From: an uncultured Candidatus Saccharibacteria bacterium
GTDB taxonomy: Bacteria; Patescibacteriota; Minisyncoccia; Phycocordibacterales; PALSA-1337
Assembly (NCBI GenBank): GCA_964529025.1
Contig: CAZGUZ010000002.1
Location: 6,885 to 70,884, forward strand
Direction: 5' to 3'
DNA: 64,000 bases
A program made the translations under genes and the position numbers. Under the pieces are notes generated by a model. That model did not search any database. It was not told the DNA's origin and was given only the letters and a program-made list of their open reading frames with translations. Of the stretch, positions 56,676-64,000 are shown in pieces; within the stretch, counting starts at the first letter, position 1; each line of letters begins with the position of its first letter.

Positions 56676-57779
56676 CTAAGGGTACTGAAACAAATTATTC
56701 AAATCAAGTATCCTTCCTATACTTTCTGCACGACCTGTTTCTACGAATGTAGGTATACCCAAAACGCAACCGGAATCCTTGACTGCTATTCCACCAGAAT
56801 TTCCATGCTCTATTTTTGCGGAGGTTTTTATATACCTCACCCCATTATCATCTTCAAAGCCAGAGATTATACCATCCGTAACAGTAAGAGATGAACCACC
56901 AACTCCAGGATATCCTAAAACAGATAAGTGGTCCCCGATACTTACAGACTTACAATAAGTAGTTAAATTTTTACTTTTAGCATATTTTGCTAAATCATTC
57001 TTGTTGCCAGCACGCGCTGTGTTTATGATCTGGGGAAAGATATAAGCAAAATCTGTACCGTACTTATATATTTGGTATCCAGAGGACTTATATACTAAGT
57101 AATTATCGGTCTCACGATAATTTGGATACAGGATCACAGCGCACTGCGATGTCGATCCATCTGATGTTTCAACAACGTGAAGATTGGTCTCTATAAAATA
57201 TGCTGATGGATCGTTTGATGGAGAATAATAAAGGAGACCGGACCCGACCTGCAAGTTGTCACCGTAGGCATCTGAGGCACACACCACCTTCACAACAGCT
57301 GAAGATAACGACGACAGCAAGTTACTTATATTCCCAGAAGGGTTTTGCCTTGTATTCGAATTAATGTCAGCTTCGAGCCTTTGAATTTGAGTATCTTTCT
57401 TGCTTAACTCTTTTTCTTGAGTAGTAAGTCGCTGAGTCGTTGAAGAGGCCATATCCAGTAATTTTGCCTGTGTTTCTTGTAATTGCTTTGAAGTTTGCAG
57501 AATCACTGATTGAGTTTTTTTATATGATTCATACAGGTGTTGCCAAGCGAGAATTGCAGATACTGCGAGTAAAACAGCTAGAATAATTCCCCCTATCACT
57601 AATGGGCTAGTTTTTTTAGTCTGTTTGACTTTTCTCATTGTCAAAGACACGTACGTCGAGACTCTTTTTACTAATGTATTCTGAAGAAAAAAACTATTGT
57701 TATGGACTTCTTTTCCACAATTGTCACAAAAATTATGCCCCTCATCAATTTCCATGCCGCAGTTACTACAAAAAACCAT
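56676..57779 (-). CDS. Zinc-ribbon / TM / coiled-coil / trypsin-like (S1) serine protease fusion protein
   Basis: The N-terminus carries CSNCG...CDNCG, a 4-Cys zinc ribbon. A single TM helix and a Q/E-rich coiled coil follow. The C-terminal domain has GNSGGIAV (the GDSGG-type catalytic Ser motif) and an upstream His/Asp. Confidence 0.6.
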   Translation of the reverse strand: MVFCSNCGMEIDEGHNFCDNCGKEVHNNSFFLQNTLVKRVSTYVSLTMRKVKQTKKTSPLVIGGIILAVLLAVSAILAWQHLYESYKKTQSVILQTSKQLQETQAKLLDMASSTTQRLTTQEKELSKKDTQIQRLEADINSNTRQNPSGNISNLLSSLSSAVVKVVCASDAYGDNLQVGSGLLYYSPSNDPSAYFIETNLHVVETSDGSTSQCAVILYPNYRETDNYLVYKSSGYQIYKYGTDFAYIFPQIINTARAGNKNDLAKYAKSKNLTTYCKSVSIGDHLSVLGYPGVGGSSLTVTDGIISGFEDDNGVRYIKTSAKIEHGNSGGIAVKDSGCVLGIPTFVETGRAESIGRILDLNNLFQYP

Positions 57780-57784
57780 ACTAT

Positions 57785-58870
57785 TTATACAGATAAAAGA
57801 AAACTTTTTACTCTATCATTATAAATTTTATAATATTCAAGACTACTTTGTGCAGAAGAATTGTAATCTTTCAAGTAATACTCCATTGATTTACAGAGGT
57901 AGTTGGCGGCATAGTACAAATCGTCTGCAGCATTTACGTAAGTAGACGGCATGCCTGTGAATCTGTCATTTAGTTCTAAAGCATCACTTTGCGCCGTACT
58001 ACATGCTGAAATTGCGGCTCCGAGATACAGGTTGGCAGAGTTATACTCACCATCATTCCAATCTGTTATCCCTTTTAATGCATTACCGAGTCCGTTTGAA
58101 GTAAGATTATTGTATATAGTCGTCAATTGACTGACAAAAGATTTTGCGACCTCTAGCGAACGAGCCGCAGATGCTTTTGATTGAGCATCGATTGCTGCTT
58201 GTTGTGCATTTTGCTCAGCTCTAACCTTTGCGGCTTGAGCAGCCGCTGCTGCTGCCTTATTCTTTTCTGCCTGTGCCGCAGCTACTACAGCCTCTCTCTT
58301 ACTTGTGTTTACCTCACCTTCAAGCACAAGTACAAGACTATCCTGTACTTTTTTTATTTCGGCTTGAACATTTTCATATTCTGGGTAACTCGAATCTATT
58401 GATTGAAGTTCGCTGAGAGCTTTCTTTAAACTGCCAGATGAAGTGGTTGTTGCTGTTGAAGTAGCATTTTGGATTGCAACAGCATTGTCGAACGATGTCT
58501 TGAAAGAAATAAATTTTAGACCGTCAGACCTTATAGTATCTATTCTGGATTTTTGACTTTCTGATATTTTTTTATTTTCTAACTGGAGCAAAGTGTTGAT
58601 TGACTCCTTGTAGTTACCAGTCGATTGCAATTCTTTTGCTGAGTTTATTTTTGACTCAACTAAATAATACGCATATCCCTTTGATCCACCGTAAACTAGA
58701 CCGCCTAAGAATATTAAAATTACTATCGTCAATACGATTGGGCTTCTCCAGGTGAGCTTAAAAGAATACTTTGCAGTAACTTGTCGAGATAATTCTAGCA
58801 AATCACTTCCGCAAGACCGACAGAACCTACTACCTGAACGATTTTCCTTGCCACATTGATCGCAATGCAT
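57785..58870 (-). CDS. Zinc-ribbon / TM / Ala-rich coiled-coil extracytoplasmic protein
   Basis: The N-terminus carries CDQCG...CRSCG, followed by a TM helix and a long Ala/Gln-rich helical region. The architecture parallels the neighbouring protease fusion. Confidence 0.5.
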   Translation of the reverse strand: MHCDQCGKENRSGSRFCRSCGSDLLELSRQVTAKYSFKLTWRSPIVLTIVILIFLGGLVYGGSKGYAYYLVESKINSAKELQSTGNYKESINTLLQLENKKISESQKSRIDTIRSDGLKFISFKTSFDNAVAIQNATSTATTTSSGSLKKALSELQSIDSSYPEYENVQAEIKKVQDSLVLVLEGEVNTSKREAVVAAAQAEKNKAAAAAAQAAKVRAEQNAQQAAIDAQSKASAARSLEVAKSFVSQLTTIYNNLTSNGLGNALKGITDWNDGEYNSANLYLGAAISACSTAQSDALELNDRFTGMPSTYVNAADDLYYAANYLCKSMEYYLKDYNSSAQSSLEYYKIYNDRVKSFLLSV

Positions 58871-59248
58871 TTTAGTTAAATTAATCTTAACACTAATAAT
58901 AATTTATTAAAAAGTTCAAAACTCGCCATAGAAACCTTACTTGTTTCCTATCAGCCTAGATAAATTAGATGATAGATTCTTTACTCTTTGTCCAAATTTT
59001 ATCTACACCTTCAATCTACTTGCCATTCTAGGTTGTATGTTAGTTATCCTTTATATAAAATACCACACTAATGTGTATTCTAAAAAAAATCCACATTCAT
59101 CAATACCTTAACTATCACTATTTTATCTTACTTTCATATTTTACCATATAAGTATTTTTAGTTGTTTTAATTTTATCTTCTGACATCGGGTAAGTATTAA
59201 AGTACACGTCTGGATATTTGATAGTCAGATTCATGCTCACTAACGCTT

Positions 59249-59869
59249 CTACATGTTTAATTCAAGATATCCCCATGACAATAAGATTATCGCGATTATA
59301 AACGAAATCACAAAAAAGATATTAAGGGATTTGAGTATTTTAAAATCAAGTTGCCTATTTTTTGCTTCTTGCCTCTCCTTTACAGCTGCCTTCAACTCAT
59401 CCTTTTGCGCAAAATAATTTTCTATTTCAGATATAATCTCTTTGTCTAATTTTTGATCTTGTTTTCTTTTGATCGCCGATAATTTATTACAAATACTGAT
59501 TGCACCTTGCTGAAATTTGACTAATAATTCCCTCTCCCACTTATCATCACTCAATATAGACTTCTTATCTCTTTCAATAACCATGGCGAGAATAACTATT
59601 CCACAGAGAGTAGTCAGAATAAAAAATACTACAGTTAGTATCAATACGCGAGAATGACCAATTTGAATAGTTGGTGCAACAACTGTTAGAAATGCAACGC
59701 TAATTGACGACAGTGCGAGAACAAGATTAAATCCTCTATCTGCATTTCTGTATTGTAAATCTGCAGTCTTCTGAGATAAGCTAATTAATTGTTGAGTCCA
59801 ATTATCCGAGGTTTCAGAAAAAACTGCTATTAGGTTATCCAATTCATTTGAAATCATTTTTACATGCAT
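59249..59869 (-). CDS. Hypothetical membrane protein (3 TM)
   Basis: Hydrophobic segments with charged coiled linkers. The ORF abuts the next gene with no gap. Confidence 0.45.
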   Translation of the reverse strand: MHVKMISNELDNLIAVFSETSDNWTQQLISLSQKTADLQYRNADRGFNLVLALSSISVAFLTVVAPTIQIGHSRVLILTVVFFILTTLCGIVILAMVIERDKKSILSDDKWERELLVKFQQGAISICNKLSAIKRKQDQKLDKEIISEIENYFAQKDELKAAVKERQEAKNRQLDFKILKSLNIFFVISFIIAIILLSWGYLELNM

Positions 59870-60547
59870 TTAGCCTCTTAATCTACTTAAAGCAACTTTA
59901 GTTGCTTCTCGACGTAATTCAGTTAGAGTATTTATTCCCAATATTTCTCTTATTATTTCGACTACTTCTTCTATTGCCATTTTAGACTCCTCATCATTCT
60001 CACTTTTTGTATGTCCCAAAACAAGACCTAGTAATCTATAAACTCTTTTGACTGTATCATCTCTTTCTTTGCCAAAACCTTGATAATCTAAAAGATTTTC
60101 TTTTGCACCCATTTCAATTAAAGCAGTTTCAATTGGTCTTAATTCACCTTCAATCTTTTTTGTAAGCCATGCTGAATGTTTTTGGCGTATATTTACCAAT
60201 TCCCTACCTATATTCATTAAATTCTTAGAAGCACCGTCTCTATATATTTCCTGTAGTCCTTTTTGCAATCTATCTACGTATTCTTCACAAAACAATGCGT
60301 GTTTGTCATAAGCAACTTTAGCCATATGAGAAGCTGTTCCTAAAATAAAGTCTTGTTGTTCATTTTGCAATTGTTCATCCTTCCACGTTTTATAAAGAGA
60401 AAGACACAAAGCTCCAATCCCGGGTATAGCTGCAATACCTTTAAAGACCTTGTCTATAGGAAGATAGTATGCGGATAAAAAAGAGGCGGCTAATACAATT
60501 ATTAGCAATATATAAGTTGACCAATTTTTAATTTTAATATTTTTCAC
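59870..60547 (-). CDS. Hypothetical protein with N-terminal TM anchor
   Basis: The ORF fills the interval with a single N-terminal TM. No motif was recognised. Confidence 0.45.
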   Translation of the reverse strand: MKNIKIKNWSTYILLIIVLAASFLSAYYLPIDKVFKGIAAIPGIGALCLSLYKTWKDEQLQNEQQDFILGTASHMAKVAYDKHALFCEEYVDRLQKGLQEIYRDGASKNLMNIGRELVNIRQKHSAWLTKKIEGELRPIETALIEMGAKENLLDYQGFGKERDDTVKRVYRLLGLVLGHTKSENDEESKMAIEEVVEIIREILGINTLTELRREATKVALSRLRG

Positions 60548-60577
60548 ATCTTTCTTTAACTAGTTCAAACAGATTAC

Positions 60578-60692
60578 GGGGCTTGGACTCGCCCTCGCCT
60601 CTCATCTCGCCGTCGCTCGATTCGGGCTGGGCACCGCCTCGCAGTTCGCCGTACTCGGCTCACATAGCTCCGGCGTTCTCGTCATCATACCC
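60578..60692. repeat. Direct repeat copy 2 (~115 bp, GC-rich) beginning with a 15-nt copy of the tRNA-Gln 3' end
   Basis: The sequence cggggcttggactcgccctcgcctctcatctcgccgtcgctcgattcgggctgggcaccgcctcgcagttcgccgtactcggctcacatagctccggcgttctcgtcatcataccc matches 61588..61702 with one mismatch. Its first 15 nt are the reverse complement of CGAGTCCAAGCCCCG from the tRNA T-arm/acceptor 3' side. Confidence 0.8.
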
Positions 60693-60834
60693 TCAGTATA
60701 GCGCACAACAAGAAACCCGCTATAGGTGGGATTTTGTGGACCAAATGAGACATCTGCACTAAAACCGTAATCGTCCAACCCTAACCTACTCCGTCTGGCT
60801 TATTTTTAACTCACCGAACGACCCGTTTCGTGCA

Positions 60835-61524
60835 CTAGGAAATCTTGCCATTAATATAATCTTTTACTGCTTTTATAACACTCACGACCTCTTCTCCAAA
60901 TTTATCTTCCTTATCATTGAGCCAATCGCCCTGATTGTACATGATATTATGTATTTCCATGTAGTCCTTGGTTCTAATTTTTGGCTGGAAATTCTGCTTT
61001 AAGGCAATATTTAAATCTGTTATCTTTACATAAAGAGGTTTGACTATTTGCCTAACTTCAGGCCCCCACAACACCTCAGCTTCAAGTAAATTTGATTCCA
61101 TTTCGGTAGACGCATTCGTGATTTCCTCCCACCTCATCTCATATACATATGGATGAACGTTCTTCTCCAATTCCTCTTTGAGTTTATCTGGATACTTTGT
61201 CCTTGCATATTGAATCGCTCTATAATCCTCCGAAGGAAATATGGCTGGATTCCTGACGTGCTTTATTGCATCCCTAAGTTTTAGGAGAGATAGATGTAAA
61301 TTATCAGCAACTTCACTTTTGATTTGCTTTCTCCATGTAAACAAACCGCCACTAGCAATATAAAGACCCGTCACCGTTAATATCAATGTTACCCAATCGT
61401 TTAAAAAAGGATAAACTGGGTGAACAAAAAACGCAGGGTAAAGGCGGTAAAAAACTAGTCCGGAGATGGATACAGCGAGGATCCAGAAAAATACTCCCTT
61501 AACGCTAACACTGTCTTTCACCAT
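60835..61524 (-). CDS. Hypothetical 2-TM membrane protein flanked by the two direct repeats
   Basis: The ORF has two N-terminal TM helices and an AT-rich composition. It is the only gene between the repeat copies. Confidence 0.5.
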   Translation of the reverse strand: MVKDSVSVKGVFFWILAVSISGLVFYRLYPAFFVHPVYPFLNDWVTLILTVTGLYIASGGLFTWRKQIKSEVADNLHLSLLKLRDAIKHVRNPAIFPSEDYRAIQYARTKYPDKLKEELEKNVHPYVYEMRWEEITNASTEMESNLLEAEVLWGPEVRQIVKPLYVKITDLNIALKQNFQPKIRTKDYMEIHNIMYNQGDWLNDKEDKFGEEVVSVIKAVKDYINGKIS

Positions 61525-61587
61525 GAGATTGATTATTACTACTTCCTACAGCTTTACTAATTGATACACCTCGTACAACTTGGCGGC

Positions 61588-61702
61588 GGGGCTTGGACTC
61601 GCCCTCGCCTCTCATCTCGCCGTCGCTCGATTCGGGCTGGGCACCGCCTCGCAGTTCGCCGTACTCGACTCACATAGCTCCGGCGTTCTCGTCATCATAC
61701 CC
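61588..61702. repeat. Direct repeat copy 1 (~115 bp) with the tRNA-Gln 3'-end core
   Basis: Near-identical to 60578..60692. The shared 15-nt core with the adjacent tRNA gene suggests an att-like junction. Confidence 0.8.
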
Positions 61703-61705
61703 CGC

Positions 61706-61751
61706 TTTCAGAATGAATAAAAGAGATACGCTTTGCGCATCTCTTTTATTC
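61706..61751 (-). terminator. Long perfect hairpin immediately 3' of tRNA-Gln (tRNA terminator)
   Basis: The minus strand reads aatgaataaaagagatgcgcaaagcgtatctcttttattcatt, a ~17-bp stem. Confidence 0.5.
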
Positions 61752-61755
61752 ATTA

Positions 61756-61826
61756 GCTGCGGGGCTTGGACTCGAACCAAGATTCTACGCTCCAGAGGCG
61801 CATGTCCTACCATTAGACGATCCCGC
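61756..61826 (-). tRNA. tRNA-Gln (anticodon CUG)
   Basis: The reverse complement UGCGGGAUCGUCUAAUGGUAGGACAUGCGCCUCUGGAGCGUAGAAUCUUGGUUCGAGUCCAAGCCCCGCAG folds as a cloverleaf. It has U1-A72 and discriminator G (bacterial tRNA-Gln identity), U8, a GG in the D-loop, anticodon loop CU-CUG-GA with U33, a 5-bp T-stem CUUGG/CCAAG and a UUCGAGU T-loop. CCA is not encoded, and there is one A-C mismatch at the base of the acceptor stem. Confidence 0.8.
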
Positions 61827-61920
61827 AAAATTTTGTTATGCCTTATTACTGTACTCGCTATAACAATGTGCCACAAATAATACCTTAAAATGGGGTAAAA
61901 AGGAAGAGTGCGCCAAGTCT

Positions 61921-63735
61921 TTGTTTGCGCTACTATTGTGCCACATATATGACTCTTGTATGGTAACTTTTAACTTCTCTTCTTGTTTGCACGGTGCGTC
62001 GAAACTGTTCTCTTGGTTTGCTCGTCATTGGCTTGCTGGTGTTATTGCTCTATGTGTGGGTATTGTGTGTATTGCTCCTCAAATTGTTTTTATTACGCAT
62101 ATGGGGAGTGGGTATTCGGGTATTTATATTTTGAAGAGTGATGCTGAAACTCATTATCTTGCCCGTATGAAAAACTCTGCTGAGGGTAATGGTATTGGTA
62201 ATCCTTTTTTTCGTGAGTATTCGCATGAGCCTTCTGCTACGTGGAGTTTTTCTGAGTGGTTTCTTGCTCTGCCGAGTGCTGTTGTGCCGATATCGGTGCC
62301 GAGTTTGAGTCTTATCTATAAGTTTGTTTTTCCTTTTATTGCTACGCTCTGTGCTTATGCTTGTTTTTTTATTATTACGCGGAATTATTTATGGTCGGCT
62401 ATTGGTAGCTCTGCTGTAGTTATTGGATCTGCTTTGGTGAATACTGCTGATGTTATGAATCTTCTTTCGTGGAGTCAGACGTATTCTCAGTTTCTTGCGT
62501 ATTCTAGGCCGGTGAATCCGCAGTTCTCGGGTATTATTTTCTTTATTTATATTGTGAGTATTCTGTATGCTCTGAGGCAAAAAACGCGGTGGGCTTTTAT
62601 TCGTGTTGCTCTTATTTCGACGCTTTCGTGGTATGTGTATTTTTATACTGCTACCTTTATTCTTGCTACTAATTGTATTATTGCTCTGGGTTATACGGTG
62701 CGCTTTGTATTGAGGGCGTATCCTCAGTATGTGCCAAAAAGGTTTGTGTCATTTGTATATTCACTGCTCTATGGTATTGAGGGAGTTGAAAGTGATTCGT
62801 CGTTTAATTTGTTGTTGAATTCACCCTTACTTGAAACTGTACATAAGGCTCGGGCGACTATGTTATATGCCTTAGCGGCGCTTGTACTCAGTATTATTGG
62901 TGGTTTGCCTTTTATATGGGCTACTTATATGCTCCGCATGAGCGAATGGTATGAGGAGCTTGCTCGTATTGCTCATATTGTTACTTCGCACGCTCCGGTT
63001 ATGAGTAGTTCTTGGTTCATTACGGCAATTATTGTTGTGTTCACCGTGGTGATCTATCGGCGTTTTCATGGTGCGCATATGTACCCTGGTTATACTCGCT
63101 TTTTTATTATTCTGCTTCTTGCAACGCAGCTCGCTATTAATCAGCAAGTTATTACGGGCATTGTGCTTCAGCAGGGTCACTATCATTGGTATATGAATGC
63201 TCCGCTCTTTGTACTCATGATTTGGGTATGTATATATTCGCTCATTGAGCTTATTTCTACGAATTCAGTGCGCACAACATTATTCAAGAAAGTGAGTTTA
63301 TACGGTACAGCACTTATGTGTTGCGGAGTAGTATTTACTTACGGTTTTTTGGTACAGAGTTCATCATATTATGCTCGCAAAGACGAAACGGCTTTTGCTC
63401 AGCGCTATGCATCTGTTCTTGATTGGCTTAAAGCATATACGCAACCTGGATCTACGGTTCTTGCTCACAATGATATTTCTGAGCTCATTCCTATTTACAC
63501 CGACAATAATGTAGCGTGGGAAAATCATGCCACCTACTATTTAATGCCGCATTCGCGCCGTGAATTTACTCCCGAAAATATTCTACAGAGCCCTGCTCCG
63601 CATGATATTGTAAAAAACTATCCTCTTGATTATATAATTCAAGATTCTGCCAAGCCTTTTAGCCTTCCCAAGACTTTCCCTATTCGCACCGTAACTCAAT
63701 TTGGAGATTTTACGGTTTACACAGTAGAGCGCTAA
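61921..63735 (+). CDS. Large polytopic membrane protein (>12 TM; possibly GT-C-type glycosyltransferase / YfhO-like)
   Basis: A 604-aa protein, hydrophobic throughout with extracytoplasmic loops. Family assignment is tentative. Confidence 0.5.
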   Translation: MFALLLCHIYDSCMVTFNFSSCLHGASKLFSWFARHWLAGVIALCVGIVCIAPQIVFITHMGSGYSGIYILKSDAETHYLARMKNSAEGNGIGNPFFREYSHEPSATWSFSEWFLALPSAVVPISVPSLSLIYKFVFPFIATLCAYACFFIITRNYLWSAIGSSAVVIGSALVNTADVMNLLSWSQTYSQFLAYSRPVNPQFSGIIFFIYIVSILYALRQKTRWAFIRVALISTLSWYVYFYTATFILATNCIIALGYTVRFVLRAYPQYVPKRFVSFVYSLLYGIEGVESDSSFNLLLNSPLLETVHKARATMLYALAALVLSIIGGLPFIWATYMLRMSEWYEELARIAHIVTSHAPVMSSSWFITAIIVVFTVVIYRRFHGAHMYPGYTRFFIILLLATQLAINQQVITGIVLQQGHYHWYMNAPLFVLMIWVCIYSLIELISTNSVRTTLFKKVSLYGTALMCCGVVFTYGFLVQSSSYYARKDETAFAQRYASVLDWLKAYTQPGSTVLAHNDISELIPIYTDNNVAWENHATYYLMPHSRREFTPENILQSPAPHDIVKNYPLDYIIQDSAKPFSLPKTFPIRTVTQFGDFTVYTVER

Positions 63736-64000
63736 TTACCCTTTTGTTTTTCTATTGCTGCTTTAATGAAAGCTGTAAAGAGTGGATGTGGTCGGAGTGG
63801 TCGAGCTAAGAATTCTGGATGAAACTGTGTACCTACAAAGAACGGGTGATTTTTTGTTGAGAGTTCTGCAATTTCCATCAACTGTGCATCGGGCGATGTG
63901 CCAGAAAATACGAGTTGCATTGATTCATTCTGTGCGCCAGTAGCAACAGGGTTTGTAATTTGATTGATATATTCTGGGTTAACCTCATAGCGGTGTCGAT
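63732..64000 (-). CDS. pyrG: CTP synthase, C-terminal (glutamine amidotransferase) part; gene continues beyond window end
   Basis: The frame runs open to the window edge, reading ...[13 protein letters not shown]...[32 protein letters not shown], the conserved PyrG GATase C-terminus. Confidence 0.85.
   Translation of the reverse strand, partial: RHRYEVNPEYINQITNPVATGAQNESMQLVFSGTSPDAQLMEIAELSTKNHPFFVGTQFHPEFLARPLRPHPLFTAFIKAAIEKQKGN

Larger units (their letters stand above)
51300..61755 (-). mobile_element. Putative genomic island: ~10.4-kb AT-rich all-minus-strand gene block abutting tRNA-Gln and att-like repeats (no integrase seen in window)
   Basis: There is an abrupt drop in GC relative to the neighbours, uniform gene orientation with tight packing, tRNA adjacency and direct repeats carrying the tRNA 3' core. 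Confidence 0.35.

Noticed and set aside
61593-61880. 95-aa ORF (and a 68-aa antisense ORF) across the 115-bp repeat and tRNA
   Set aside because: It overlaps the direct repeat, the tRNA-terminator hairpin and the tRNA-Gln gene itself, so it is an artefact of GC-rich non-coding DNA.

Overview
This 64 kb window is almost entirely coding and has the look of a reduced-genome, Gram-positive-like bacterium, plausibly a Patescibacteria/CPR-type episymbiont (inference from moderate AT-richness, many small unknowns, giant wall-anchored surface proteins and sparse metabolism). Recognisable housekeeping genes are groES-groEL (minus strand, groEL truncated at the window start), secG, a family-5 ABC substrate-binding protein, RNase J, enolase, 2,3-bisphosphoglycerate-independent phosphoglycerate mutase, class II photolyase, an OmpR-type response regulator, cyclophilin, NrnA-like DHH phosphoesterase, NDH-2, LexA, two ABC-F ATPases, an HI0933-like flavoprotein, and a CTP synthase C-terminus at the window end. 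Three very large secreted proteins stand out. One is a 2340-aa protein with two discoidin plus GH43-like beta-propeller modules, FN3/Ig-like repeats and two C-terminal peptidoglycan-binding domains. The second is an 816-aa C-type lectin (EPN/WND motifs) with a PG-binding tail. The third is a 1048-aa protein with Ig-like repeats carrying near-identical DNA repeats. The most interesting structure is at 51.3-61.8 kb: an AT-rich, all-minus-strand gene block ending at a tRNA-Gln(CUG). The tRNA is followed by two ~115-bp near-identical GC-rich direct repeats, each beginning with a 15-nt copy of the tRNA 3' end (an att-like signature). The block contains 2 NUDIX hydrolases, an IMPase-family phosphatase, an S51-like peptidase, an HD hydrolase, an APH-like kinase, zinc-ribbon membrane proteins (one fused to a trypsin-like protease) and several unknowns. 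Also notable are a promoter- and terminator-bounded ~290-nt GC-rich unit at ~34.2-34.5 kb that may be a structured RNA or leader, and a LexA (Cheo-type) operator embedded in the spacer of a near-consensus promoter upstream of a small-ORF/lexA operon. Several GC-rich compositional islets were also seen (9.0-10.1 kb, 39.1-39.7 kb, 43.6-45.8 kb). No CRISPR array, rRNA or transposase was seen. Manually derived coordinates may be off by a base or two.
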